Shown here: positions 23,642 through 36,610 of the stretch, piece after piece
Position numbering within the stretch: position 1 is the first letter of the stretch
Layout: each line of letters opens with the position of its first letter
Assembly (NCBI GenBank): GCA_963514005.1
Contig: OY740783.1
Location: 99,324,001-99,388,000 of the forward strand
Reading direction: 5' to 3'
Length of the DNA stretch: 64,000 nucleotides
Origin: Raja brachyura
Taxonomy: Eukaryota
The notes under the pieces: model-generated
The model's input: the letters and a program-made list of their open reading frames with translations, nothing else
Database searches by the model: none
Told to the model about the DNA's origin: nothing
Position numbers and translations under genes: made by a program

Positions 23642-24712
23642 CAATATAACACGGAGCTTGTCAATCTACCAACTAACAGAGATGTTTTCCAACACAGCCA
23701 TTGAGAACCGATTGCGTGTTTCCTTTTGAGGAAAATTATAATTAAGTAAAATGAAAATTATTATGATCTGTTAGTCTGTTCATTCAATTAACACTTCCAA
23801 TTGAAAAATAAAACAATTTGTTAATTTCCATTCTGCCGTGTCCATTTCAATTCCTTGTGTTGGCTTCTGATGTTATCACTCCAGCCGACTTAGCTAAAAA
23901 ATTCATAATAAACAACTACATTGACAGTGTATCGCTAATGTAGGAAACATCACCCTTTATTCAATACATCATTAATTTAGCAAAATAAAGTAAGAGAGTT
24001 TGGATTTTGCACGCTAGTCTCATTAACTTCAGGGTGATCTGGTTGAGGTCTGCAAGAGGTAATTGCTTCAGGGTGATTGCAACAATGTTTGCTATTTTGC
24101 ATGGTACGAGGTGAGATTGAGTTTATATATCAGAAATTCCCCTCTGGAGAATGGAAAATATCTGGGGAAAGCTGCTGTGTAACAAAGTGAACACACTATG
24201 GCTCAGAATCCTTTTGTTCTAGAGTTGGCCCTTTTCCAGACTTGGATAACACTCCCCCCCCCCCCCCCCCCCCCCCATAAAAGGGTAGCTACCCAAATAA
24301 ATACATGGCCAAGCAATTATCCTCACAAGTTTAGACTATATCTAGGCAAGAAGGACAGAGAAGAATTTCCTAAATTCTGATCTGAAATTTGTGCTGGATC
24401 TTTAACCAGCATTTCACCTCTCCAGAGGTCAAACAGTTCTGGTGAACTTGGGTGCCTGCTCATCATGATGCACAGGTTATCACAATTGTGTTGGGAGGTT
24501 GGTACATCCAATGCTCTTGCATGCGCCATCATTATTACTTTATTCAGAATGCGACCTAAACTGATGAGATGGGATATTTCCACAATCGTTGCTAAACACA
24601 ATGTCATTATTTTAGAACGGACTACTGCACCTCAGAACTAGGGAAGCCATTGTATTTTGTCCCAACAACATGCTCCATTGCCATTCCAACCCTCCCACAG
24701 ACATGTCCTTCT

Positions 24713-25567
24713 CAATCTTCTTAAACTGGAGAATGGTTCACCCAAGGGCGAATGAAATTATTTTGAGGTGAATGAAACTAGAGGGGTGAATGAAGGGTGA
24801 ATGACTTAATTTATTCAGATATTGATATATATTTTTCTATACTTAAAAAAGGCATTGCCATTAAAGTGGTTAGTAAGCTCTTATTGGTTTTAATGGCAGT
24901 GGAGCTGGAAATTTGATATGTTTTTTTCTCTCTACCTATGGTGTTCTAATTTCAAAGTAGCAGGATATTTCCCAGATTTACTGTAATATAACCTTTTAGG
25001 GAAGACCAGATGAGCTAGTGCAATCATAAATTTATAAATGGCAACACTGGAGGATCGCCGTAACTCTGTGTAGCAATTTAGCTACCAAAGTAGATAATTG
25101 GTGGTATTGTGAGCTTTTGGCGGGGAGAATTATAGAAAGTTATATTAGTTGGATACTAATATATTAAATCACATACTCCATGTTTTTTTTTAGCTCATTT
25201 TCTAAGAAAAAAAACTGCAGTAATCAAAGCTCGAAAGGGTAGGATGGGGCTGAAGCCCAGTGTTTAGACGTAGGAATTGTTTTTTATCATTCTTATAGAA
25301 TGATTTTCCAATTCCAGTGGTAATTAAACTGTTTTTTTCACTCCTAGTTTTCTTTACATCTTTTTAGGATGTTCAAAAAGTTGAATAAAATAAACACTTA
25401 ATTTATGATTTTTGCTCATGACCAAATTAATTATATATAAAATTATACACAAGGGAGAATAAGATGAAAATTACCAAAAAAACATAAGAAAATTTAGTCG
25501 AGGATGAGTGAAATTTTGTTATAAAGACTCAAGGGTGAATGACACTGAAATAGTTTAAGAAGCACTG
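24713..25567. mobile_element. hAT/Charlie-like non-autonomous DNA transposon
   Basis: Right end AGTTTAAGAAGCACTG, degenerate left end CAATCTTCTTAAACT; subterminal GGTGAATGA repeats at both ends; no clear 8-bp TSD. Confidence 0.55.
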
Positions 25568-25612
25568 CTTTAGGGCACCAAGGTAGGCTTCAGGTGTCAT
25601 ATTCTTACCGGC

Positions 25613-26475
25613 ATAGAACATAGAACTTAGAACAGTACAGCAAAGGAACGGGCCCTTCAGCCCACAATGGTTGTGCCAAACATAAACTGCTCCCATTTGC
25701 CTGTACATGATGCATATCCCTCTATTCCCTGCATTTCAATGTGCCTGTCTAAAAGCTTATGAACTGTCACTATCGTTTCTGCCTCCACCACCACCCCTGG
25801 CAATGCGTTTCAGGTCGCCAACACTCTGTGCAAAAACATTGCCCCACACATCTCCATTAAACTCCCCCCCCCATCCCCCTCTCTCACCTTATAGCTATGC
25901 CCTCTAGTGTTGGACATTTTCACCATGGGAGAAGGATTCTGACTGTCTACCCTATCTATGCCTCTCATAATTTTATATACTTCGATCAAGTCTTCGCTCA
26001 AAGTCCGACACTGTAGCTGAAACCGTCTAATCCAAGCTGCAGTCTGGTAAACACCCTCTGCTACCTTTCTAAAGCCTCCCCATCTTTCCTTTAATGGGGC
26101 AACCATAACAGCACACAATACTCCAAATACAGCCTATCCAGTCCTATAGAGCTACACTATGGCATCCCGACACTTATATTCAATGCCCCTAGCAAGCATG
26201 AAAGCAAGCATACCATATGCCTTCTTTACCACCCTATCTACTTGTGCTGCCACTTTTAGTGAGCTATGAACTTAAGTCCCTCTGCCCAAAAGGGTCTTGC
26301 CATTAACTGTATACTCTCTCCTTACATTCACCTTGCCAAAGTGCAACACCTCACACTTGCTGGGATTAAACTCTAACTGCCATTTCTCCCCCCATTTCTG
26401 CAGCGGATCTATATCCCGCTGTGTTTTCTGACAGCATTCCTCACTGTCTGAAATTCCTCCAATTTTGGTGTTGTT
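25613..26475 (-). mobile_element. CR1/HER1 3' fragment
   Basis: TKIGG..WQLEFNPSKCEVLHFG, DLIEVYKIMRGIDRVD; (TTCTATG)n tail. Confidence 0.85.
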
Positions 26476-26890
26476 AAGTTCTGCCATGTTGGCTGACTCC
26501 ATTCTATCTTAGCTAATTTGCTCCTGAAACTCTCCTCCCTTGGTCCCTCTTAATGATAATCCATTCAAAATTATGCGTCATCAATCAAACCAAGTCCTCG
26601 TCAGCCATTGCTTGCTTACCCATTCTGGCTCCCTGTTAATCAATGGCACCATTTAAAAACATTTCATCCAATTTTTCCACAGCCTTCCATCACTTGAAGG
26701 AATTCCTTCCAACTTTACAATTCATAAAATCTCTGTGCACATCCTCTGTGCTCCTCCAGGCAACTTAATTCCTAATTTTAATTATTCCACTTTTGCTTAA
26801 CATGCCTTCAGCTGCTAATATGCTTTGCCCTAGAATTCCTTCCCTATTCCTTTCACTTTCAACACTGTGCCTAAAATTACCCAGTTAATA

Positions 26891-27307
26891 ATGGCCTTTG
26901 GATTTCTTCAAGAAACTTACCAAATTCTTAAGGGGTTGGACAAGCTAGATGCAGGAAGAATGTTCCCGGTGTTGGGGGAGTCCAGAACAAGGGGTCACAG
27001 TCTAAGGATAACGGGGAATTCCTTTAGGACCGAGATAAGGAAAACATTTTTTACACAGAGAGTGGTGAATCTCTGGAATTCTCTGCCACAGAAGGTCGTT
27101 GAGGCCAGTTCATTGGCTATATTCAAGAGGGAGTTGGATGTGGCTCTTGTGGCTAAAGGGATCAGGGGGTATGGAGAGAAGGCAGGTACAGGATACTGAG
27201 TTGGATGATCAGCCATGATCATATTGAATGGTGGTGCAGGCTTGAAGGGCCGAATGGCCTACTCCTGCACCTATTTTTCTATGTTTCTATGTTTCAATGT
27301 TTCAATG
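26891..27307 (+). mobile_element. CR1/HER1 3' fragment, young subfamily
   Basis: Nearly identical to 43952-44436 and 51720-52147. Confidence 0.9.
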
Positions 27308-28504
27308 TCAACATTTATTTGATATCAGATTGATTGTTCTGCTATTTAAAACACACTGGTGTTTTGGTAACAGATGTTATTTCTCCCAACTTCTGTAAAA
27401 AAACGAGGTTTGGTGCAATTATGAATGTATAACAATGGTTGTTCTAAATTAAAGTGTTTGCTTTTGAGGCACACATCTCCATTAGAAAGGTTACTTTACA
27501 TTAATGAAGTGCAGCAGAAATGCGGTTCCTTTGTGGAGTGTGTAGGAAAAATGAAAGCTTAACACAGGTGCACTGAAAAACTGCAGACACGTTCTAATTT
27601 ACCTTAGTCGTGACTCATTTCAGTTGCCGCAGAAGTTCTGCAGAGGTTTTGTGCCTAGTTGCGGATTATCCCATTAGTGAGGTTTTACAAATGCGTATCA
27701 TATCCTTATTTATAATTTTTAAACTGATAAATCAGATGTTAATCGGTAGTCCAAGCTTATGCTGATGAGGTTGTTAAAATGTATGTCACAGTTTTAGTTC
27801 AAATGTTTACTTTTTGGGTCAAATGAGGCAGAATTTTATCAACTATCAAGCAAAGCTGCAAAGTCCCTATTCTGGAGTTGTACAACTCGACATTTTAAAA
27901 TATTGATAATTGGAAGCCCATTACCATCAGATGAATGTTATTAAGGGAGCTCATCAATGCTGCATCTATACTTGATGGCCTCCTCAATACGATGGTTTTC
28001 TGCCCGATTTTCAATGTCAGTTGCACCCAAATACCTCAAATCACCTTCGGGTCTAACCGAAGCATCAAGATCCAGAACCCTTTACTTGTGGGCAAAAATG
28101 GCATAGGGTGTCTACACCTCATATCAGTGCTTGGGGACCTCGGTTCCATAAAAAAAGGACAAAACCAGAAAGGGATGCCTTCTCAAGCAAAATCTCGAAA
28201 ACTCTGTCATGAGGAATTTACCCGTGCATTTTTCATAAAGTGGCCTCTGCCAGACAGGTGTCCCAAAAGAAAAGTTCACTACCCCTCATCTCATGCAACT
28301 TCTACACAGACAGGCTTGGCAATAATATTCTTTACTAGGCATGTGTTGGGTCTCAACAGCAAAGATGTGTTGGATCTTAATGTTAAAGTCATTGTAAAAT
28401 CAGATTGTCTGAAAAAGGTACAAATTCCCTTATCCAACTGCATAGACTGCAAATAAAAACTTAATCTAATATATATTCTTTGTTATAAATTCTTGGTTTG
28501 GTTT

Positions 28505-28700
28505 ATAACACAAACATAAACCCAACTATTAAACATACCAGTATCCACCTGCCAAGGAAAGAATGGACATTGCTTAATGAAATCCTAGCAGGGCAAGGGG
28601 GATGCATCTACCTCTTGAGAAAGTGGAAAAGAAATCAATCCCCACTTTCTGCTGTAGCAATATTCAAACCATCACTTTGGAATTCTGATTCAATGTTTTC
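28505..28700 (+). mobile_element. Ancient Vingi/ingi-like LINE C-terminal fossil
   Basis: NPTIKH..HLPRKEWTLLNEILAGQGGCIYLLRKW..SP then, in another frame, CCSNIQTIT. Confidence 0.5.
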
Positions 28701-29104
28701 CAGAGGGATTTGGAGAAAGGCATCACATAGCGTGGTAACTTATTCATTTTCCTTTCACTCCTGTTCTTTTTATCAGAATGCCATGTTTCTTTGTCTCTTG
28801 TGGCATAAAAACAAATCCATATATTGAAACAACTCTCAAGTTCTCTCCCAGTCAATTTTTTACTGCAAAGATTCTCCTACTGCCCCAGACCAGAGATTTT
28901 CAGATAACTGCTGTGCTTGCCCAGTTTACATTTGCTCCAGGCTCACTTTTTGTTTCATTATTATTGCCTTACCACCCACACACCATTGCACCACTTCCTT
29001 TGACTTCTAATCACTTGCCTTCCATCCTATAACAATCCTTTCCTCACTGTATGTTCCCTCCATTTTCAAACCCATTTCTATCTGATTGCTTCCTATTCTA
29101 ACTT

Positions 29105-29860
29105 AGTGCCTTGGAAAAGCACGCAACATAATCAAGGATCGCTCACACCCCTGTTATTCACCCTTCTTCCCTTTGCCATCAGGCAGAAGATACAAAAGTT
29201 ATAGGAACAGAATTAATACATTTTGACCCATCGTCTATTCTGCCATTCAATCATGGCTGATGTATCTTTCTCTCTCAACCCCATTCTCTTGCCTTCCCCC
29301 CCATAATTCTTGACATCTTTACTAGTTAAGAATTTGTCAATCTGCACCTTAAAAATATCCATTGACTTCACCTCCACAACTGTCTTTGCAGCGATTTCCA
29401 CAGATTCACCACCCTCTGATTAAAGAAATTCCTCCTAATTTCCTTTGTAAAGGTAGGTCCTTTTATTCTGAGGGAAAAGCCCCTATTTTTAGACTGCGAC
29501 TAACAGAAACATCCTCTCCACGTCCACTCTACCCTGGCATTTCACTGTTCGGCAAGTTTCAATGAGGTCTCCCCTAATCTTTCTAAACTCCAGCGAGTAC
29601 AGGCCCAGTGCCATCAAACACACATCATATGTTAACCCAATCATTCCTGTGATCTTGAAAGCATGTATCACATTCACAACAGCTTCTTCCTTGCTGTTTC
29701 CAGATACTTGAACAAACCTCGTATGCTATGGGTTCACTTCTGATTTATCTCATTGTACTTTTTTTTATATGCACCTTCTCTAAAGCTGCACCACCATATT
29801 CTGCACTTTGTGCCCTTTCTCTTTTTGCAATAGTTGTATAGCTTGACTGCACTCGTGTAT
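29105..29860 (+). mobile_element. Degenerate Rex1 3' end interrupted by minus-strand CR1 (about 29201-29654)
   Basis: CLGKARNIIKDRSHP..LPSGRRYKS resumes LKA after the CR1. Confidence 0.65.
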
Positions 29861-29978
29861 GTTATGGTCTGAGATAGACACAAAATGCTGGAGTAAATCA
29901 GCAGGACAGGCCTGAGTTACTCCAGTATTTTGTGTCTATCCTTCATTTAAACCAGCATCTGCAGGTCTTGCCGTCTTG

Positions 29979-31766
29979 CAAGGATTACTGGTCTTAATGA
30001 CTACAGGCCTGTCGCACTGTAGTCATGAAGACCCTTGAAAGGCTTGCGCTGGCCAAGCTGAAAAATATCACAAACCCCCTGCTGGACCCCCTGCAGTTGC
30101 ATACCGGGCCAATGGATCTGTGGATGAATCAGTCAACCTAGGCCTGCACTTCATCCTCCAGCACCTAGACCGCCAGGGGACCTATGTGAGGATTTTGTTT
30201 GGTGATTTTAGCTCTGCATTCAACACCATGGTGCTAGAGCTACTACACTCCAAACTTACCGAGTTGACTGTGCCTGAACCCCTCTGTTGGTGGATCACCA
30301 GCTTCCTGACAGACTGGAAGCAGCATGTGAGGCTGGGAAAGCACATCTCGGACTCGCAAACCATCAGCATATGAGCACCAGCAAGGCTGCATACACTCCC
30401 CTCTATACCAATGCCTGCACCTCCACTGACTCTTCTGTCAAGCTTCTCAAGTTTGCGGACAACACAACCGGATCCGGGTTTGGGAGAAATCTGCCTACAG
30501 ACAGGAAATGACACAGCTGGCGTCCTGGTGCCATTGCAACAACCTCGAGCTCAATGCTCTTAAGACAGTGGAATTGATAGCAGATTTTAGGAGAGCTCCC
30601 CCTCCCCTCACCCCAATCACCATCAACAACACCACAGTCACATCTGTGGAGTCTTTTAAGTTCCTGGGAACCATCGTCTCCACAGTCAAAAAGACACAAC
30701 AGAGGATGTACATCCTGTGGCAGCTGAGGAAGCACAATCTGCCACAAACAATGATGGTCCAATTCTACACGGCCATCGTAGAGTCTGTTCTCACCTTCTC
30801 CATCATAGTCTGGTTTGGGTCAGCAACTAAGCACGACACCCGGAGGCTGCAGCGAATTGTTCGATCAGCTGAGAAGGTTATTGGCTGCAACCTTCTCTCC
30901 ATTGACAAACTGTACACTGCAAGGGCCAGGAAGCGAACGGGTAAGATCATCTCTCACCCCTCTCGCCCTGGCCACAAACTCTTTGAATCACTTCCCTCTG
31001 GAAGGCGACTCCGAACTGTCAAAGCTGCCACAGCCAGACATAAAAACAGCTTTTTTTCCACGAGTAATAGCTCTACTCAATAACTAAAAATCTGTAGCTT
31101 CCTTTTGCTCTGGTATTTTATATAATTCCAATGTTTAATCAATAATGTTTTATATGTCACTAGACCAAGTGCAGACCCGTTGGGTCTGTTCCCCCAATGT
31201 GCGGTTGCAGGGGGGGGGGGCGGCATGCAGCCTCACACACACACTAACCATCCCCACACGCACACTAACTACCCCCCTTGATATTATATTAATATTATTC
31301 ATTGGCTCCTTTTACCCCATAACCGCCCTATCTACTGACACATAGCCCCCAACTTGCAGGCGCGTCTAGAGAGGGGGCGGGGTAGAGAGTGAGGGCAGAG
31401 AGAGAAGGGGCAGAGACAGAGGGAGGGGCAAGAGACAGAGGGAGAGGGGGATGGAGGAGAAGGATTTTATTAAAAAATGTGTACATAGAAATGTCTAAAT
31501 GTAAAGAGGAGTGGATTTGCGAATGTAAAAGTGAAATCGCTAGCGAAATGGAAAAAATCTCTGAGTTTTTGCGTGTGGTTTTGGCATACATACATCTGAC
31601 ATACACCCACAAACGAATAAACATACACACACACACAGAGTAAAAAGTATATAGATAGATTACTAACTGTCACTGTATGTCATGTTGTCACTTGCGGGCG
31701 GAGCACCAAGGCAAATTCCTTGTATGTGAATACTTGTCCAGAAACTTATTCCTTCATTCATTCATT
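29979..31766 (+). mobile_element. Rex1/Babar LINE, 5'-truncated RT with frameshifts
   Basis: [53 protein letters not shown]; (ATTC)n tail; Helitron inserted in 3' UTR. Confidence 0.9.
31160..31659 (-). mobile_element. Non-autonomous Helitron
   Basis: Minus strand starts TCTATCTATATA, ends with hairpin CAGACCC-AAC-GGGTCTG then CTAG; sits between A and T with no TSD. Confidence 0.85.
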
Positions 31767-32284
31767 ATATATGTTATAGTCTACCTGGATAGCATGCAAA
31801 ACTAAAAGGTTTTTTTACTGGTACATGTGACATTAATAATAAACCAATAACAAAACTAATTTAAGTTTACTCACCTGAAACTTTAGTTCTGTTTCCCTCT
31901 CCATGGCTGCTGCCTGACATACTGTGCAATTCTGCACATGCTATTTATATTGCATTAGTATTTTCTTATGGAATAAAGAAAGATTCCAAATCTCAATAAA
32001 GCCGTTAAGGAAAGCCAATCACAGGCGTATTGCATGACAGGTGATTAGCCCAAGGGTACTGACAATCAGTCCTCCCTGTTAACAATTTATTTGACTATAA
32101 GGTGAGACTGCTAACTGTGATATTAAACTTCAAAAGAGCTCCACACAAGTAACGTTGCTTCAATTTGTAATAATCAAAAAGCATCTGGTATTGCTGCAGG
32201 TAGTCTGCAGGATGGCAGAATAACTGCATTCACATTGTAGAAATAAATTGTTCATCCCAAGTGGTCGGTGCTATTGCCCAGTGA

Positions 32285-33395
32285 AAGGCCTGGATAGAGT
32301 GGATGTGGAGACGATGTTTCCACTAGTGGAAGAGTCTTGGACCAGTGGTCATACCCTCAAAATTAAAGGACATTCCTTTAAGAAGGATGAGGAATAATTT
32401 ATTTAGTCAGAGGGTGGTGAATCTGTGGAATTCATTGCAACAGAAGGCTGTGGAGGCCAAGCCAATGGATATTTTTAAGGCATAGATTGATAGATTCATG
32501 ATTAGTATGGATTAGTGTCAGGGGTTATGGGGAGTAGGCAGGAGAATGGGGTGAAGAGGGAAAGGTAGATCAGCCAGGATTGAATGGCAGGCTTGAACAA
32601 CCGAATGGCCTAATTGGGATCTTGTCACTTATGAACTATGCTTCACGTGAGTTTCTCTCCATCACTCTTTATCTCACCTCATCACCATGTCCTATTCCAT
32701 TCCTCCACGTGGATGTTAATGCAGCTTCCCCTTAAATGATTCCACTCTATTGATAAGAAAAATGAGTGGTCTGCCAGTCAGCCACTGAACTCTGTTCTGC
32801 ATTTAATAAGATGTTACAGCTGTATGGGAAGTTGGTGAGACCACACCTGGCATATTCTCCATCGTTCTGGTCATCATACTACAGGACAAATGTGATTAAA
32901 CAAGAGAGGGCGTGGAAAAGATTCACAAAGATGTTACCATCAATGGAGGGCTTGGGTTGTATGAAGTGGCTGGATAGGGTGGGGCTATTTTCCCTGGAAC
33001 AAAGGAGGCTGAAGGTTGACTTTATTGAGGTTTATAAAATCATGTGGGTTAAAAAGGTAGATGGTCATGGTCTTTCCCCCCAGGATAAGGAAGTCTAAAA
33101 CTGGAGGGCTTAAGTTTAAGGTGAGAGGTGATAGATTGAGAGGGGATGGATTATAAGAGGATCTGAGAGGTAAGTTTTAACATGAAAGATGGTGTGTAGA
33201 TGGAATGAGCTACCGGAGGAAGTGGCACAGGCAGGTACGATTTCAGTATTTAAAAGAAATTTGGGTAAGTACATGGAGAAGCAAAGTTTAGAGTGATATG
33301 GGCCAAAAGAGGAAAAAACAGGACGAATGCACTTTGGTCAGCATGGACAGGTTGGGTTGAATGGCCTGTTTCTGCGCCATATAACTCTATGATTC
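32285..33395 (+). mobile_element. Two degenerate CR1 3' fragments (about 32285-32640 and 32808-33395)
   Basis: LYGKLVRPHL..RFTKMLP..GLFSLEQRRL and CR1 3' UTR motifs. Confidence 0.75.
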
Positions 33396-34037
33396 TAAGG
33401 TATTGCTTTGGCTGTAAAGTATTTTCAAATGCTCTGAGATTGCAATAGGTTCAAGTTTTCACATAAAGATGGATTAAATGACTCATAGGCACACACCTAA
33501 GTAACACCACAGATTATTGTGCAGTGAGGCAAGTGGCTATATATGAGACAGCGCCGCTGGAATCTTGCTCTTTATAATGGAACAACAGATTGCCAACTCA
33601 GTTGGGTGTCTCCAAAAAAGCCAGATCCTTAAAGCACCATGCATCACCATCACCTCCTCCACCAGGCACCAGCACAGTGACACACAACCATAGTGAGTGG
33701 CAATGAGGAGGAGGAAGCAGGGAAAGAGGTGAGTCACAGTGCTTGGTGAGAACAGCGTAACTGGTGCTGAAACCTGCTGACTGGGAGTCATACGCAGTTA
33801 TATAAGCTGTTACACCTCTGGTGCAATGCCAATGTTATGTTGCAGAAAAGATTGCTTCTTGGACCTCAGTAGAACTGACATTAGTGTATAAGTTCCATTG
33901 CTCAGTCTGGTGGAGAGTACCAAAAGATCGCTAACTAGAGTGATAGATGGGTGCAGTCTAATCTGCAGTCCACCAGGATGGGATACCCCAATCTTCTGTG
34001 AAACCATCCTGAAGCCTCAGTACAAAAGAAACAAATA

Positions 34038-34287
34038 TCATCACAATGGTCACACAAAAAGCTGGAGAAACTCAGCGGGTGCAGCAGCATCTAAGGAGTG
34101 CAGGAGATAGGCGACGTTTCGGGTCGAGACCCTTCTTCAGTCTGAAGAAGGGTCTCGACCCGAAACGTCGCCTATCTCCTTCACTCCTTAGATGCTGCTG
34201 CACCCGCTGAGTTTCTCCAGCTTTTTGTGTAACCCTCGATTCTCCAGCATCTGCAGTTCCTTCTTTAACTCTTCATCACAATGGTCA
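34038..34287. mobile_element. Penelope-derived mini-element: inverted pLTR pair with 15-bp TSD
   Basis: Arms 34052-34140 and 34142-34230 with one mismatch; TCATCACAATGGTCA at 34038-34052 and 34273-34287. Confidence 0.9.
34142..34169 (+). ncRNA. Minimal type I hammerhead ribozyme motif (mirror copy on minus strand 34113-34140)
   Basis: CTGAAGA-A-GGGTC-TC-GACCC-GAAA-CG-TC: conserved core, helix II and palindromic ACGT mini helix III; helix I is weak. Confidence 0.7.
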
Positions 34288-34339
34288 TCTTGTACAGCTC
34301 AAATTGCAAGCACGCTATGTTGGTCATTCTCCATGTGGC

Positions 34340-35910
34340 CTATCAATCCAAGGAAGGCTACTGGACCCGACGGCGTCTCTGGAAGCGTGCTGAAGGACTG
34401 CGCAGACCACCTGGCTGGAGTCTTCACGAGGATTTTTAACCAGTCTCTGGCCCAGTCCACTCTACCACCCTGTCTGAAGTCCGCAACCATAGTCCCCTTG
34501 CCCAAAAAACCCCACATTTCGAGCTTCAATGACTACCGGCCAGTCGCACTCACACCAGTGGTGATGAATTGTTTTGAAAAACTGGTCCGGGGTCATATCA
34601 CATCACTCCTGCCCCGAAGCTTTGACCCCCACCAGTTTGCGTACAGAGCGAATAGATCTACAGAGGACGCTGTAGCCACAGCTCTCCATGCTGCACTGTC
34701 CCACCTGGATCAGCGGGGGAGCTACGTGCGGATGCTCTTTGTGGACTACAGCTCTGCTTTTAATACTATCCTTCCCCACAAACTGGTGGACAAACTGGGT
34801 ACTTGGGACTTCCACACTCCACCTGCATGTGGATAAATAGTTTCCTGTCGGGTCGCAGCCAGAGAGTCAGAGTGGGCCATCACACATCCACGGCCCTCAG
34901 CCTCAGTACCGCTCTCCACAGGGCTGCGTGCTGAGCCCCCTGCTCTACACCATCTACACACATGACTGTACCCCCACCCACCACAGCAACACCATTGTCA
35001 AATTTGCGGATGACACTACGGTGGTGGGACTCATCTCCGGGGAGGACGAGTAAACTATCGGGATGAGGTGGAGCAGCTGACAGTGTGGTGTGGAGAAAAT
35101 AACCTGCCCCTCAACACCTTAAAGACCAAGGAGATAATAATAGACTTCCGGAAGAACAAAACGGACATGCTACCACTAATCATCAGAGGGGACTGTGTGG
35201 AGAGGGTGGCGGATTTCCGCTTCCTGGGAATCCATATTGAGGAGGACCTGACGTGGAGCGTGAACACCTCTGCGCTGCTGAAAAAGGTCCAGCAGAGGCT
35301 GCACTTCCCGAGGGTGCTCAGGAAGAATAACATCACTCAGAGACTGCTGCTGTCCTTTTATCGGTGCTCAATTGAGAGCATCCTAACATACTGTGTACGC
35401 GTGTGGTACACCAGCTGCACAGCGGCTCAGAGGAAAGCGCTCCAGAGGGCCATTGACAACACCCAGAGGATTGTCGGCTGCCCTCTCCTTACCTTGGAGG
35501 ACTTACACAGTTCCCGCTGCATCAAAAAATCCCAGAATATTATAAAGGACATTTCCCACCCTGGACACTCCCTGTTTGAACTGTTGCCGTCAGGCAGACG
35601 GTACAGATCTACAAGGACAAGGACAAACAGACTTAAAAACAGTTTTTACCCCACTGCTATAAAGGTACTAAGTGTAGCCACCAAGGAACGCAGGGACTAA
35701 GGGACTGTGGTTGGTACACTGTGAAATCGACAGAAGGATGTAGGGTTGGGTGTTTATGCGTGCTATTTTCACATTTATTTTAGTTGCTCATCTTTTTTTT
35801 AATATTTTACCTTGTATGTATCGTTAGCTTTTAGAAATGTTTGAATGGTGCACTGACTGGCTGACATTTTTAAAATTTCGTTGTACATGGTTCATGTTAC
35901 AATGACAATA
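34340..35910 (+). mobile_element. Rex1/Babar LINE RT fragment
   Basis: [47 protein letters not shown]; ends ATGACAATAAA. Confidence 0.92.
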
Positions 35911-36610
35911 AAGCTCATTGTAGACTTCAGGAAGTCCAGGGGCGGCACGCACACCCCCATCCACATTAACGGTACGGAGGTGGAACATGTTTCTAGCTTC
36001 AGGTTCCTGGAAGTCAACCTCTCCGACGACCTCTCTTGGACCCACAATACCTCAACTCTGATCAAGAAGGCTCACCAGCGTCTCTTCTTCCTGAGGAGAC
36101 TGAAGAAGGTCCATCTGTCTCCTCAGATCCTGGTGAACTTCTACCGCTGCACCATCGAGAGCATCCTTACCAACTGCATCACAGTTTGGTATGGCAACTG
36201 CTCTGTCTCCGACCGGAAGGCATTGTAGAGGGTGGTGAAAATTGCCCAACGCATCACCGGTTCCTCGCTCCCCTCCATTGAGTCTGTCCAAACCAAGCGT
36301 TGTCTGCGGAGGGCGCTCAGCATCGCCAAGGACCTCTCTCACCCCAACCATGGACTGTTTACCCTCCTACCATCCGGGAGGCGCTACAGGTCTCTCCGTT
36401 GCCGAACCAGCAGGTCCAGGAACAGCTTCTTTCCGGCGGCTGTCACGCTACTCAACAACGTACCTCGGTGACTGCCAATCATCCCCCCCCGGACACTTAT
36501 TGTTATTTATTCATCATTTGCTGTGTCGCTCTTCCAGGGAGATGCTAAATGCATTTCGTTGTCTCTGTACTGTACACTGACAATGACAATTAAAATTGAA
36601 TCTGAATCTA
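35911..36610 (+). mobile_element. Second Rex1 3' fragment abutting the first
   Basis: LIVDFRK..FYRCTIESILT..LPSGRRYRS; (GAATCT)n tail. Confidence 0.9.

Noticed and set aside
27935-28456. 173-aa ATG-initiated ORF in apparently unique sequence
   Set aside because: No recognisable family, motif or exon boundaries on either strand; cannot be supported without homology or expression data.
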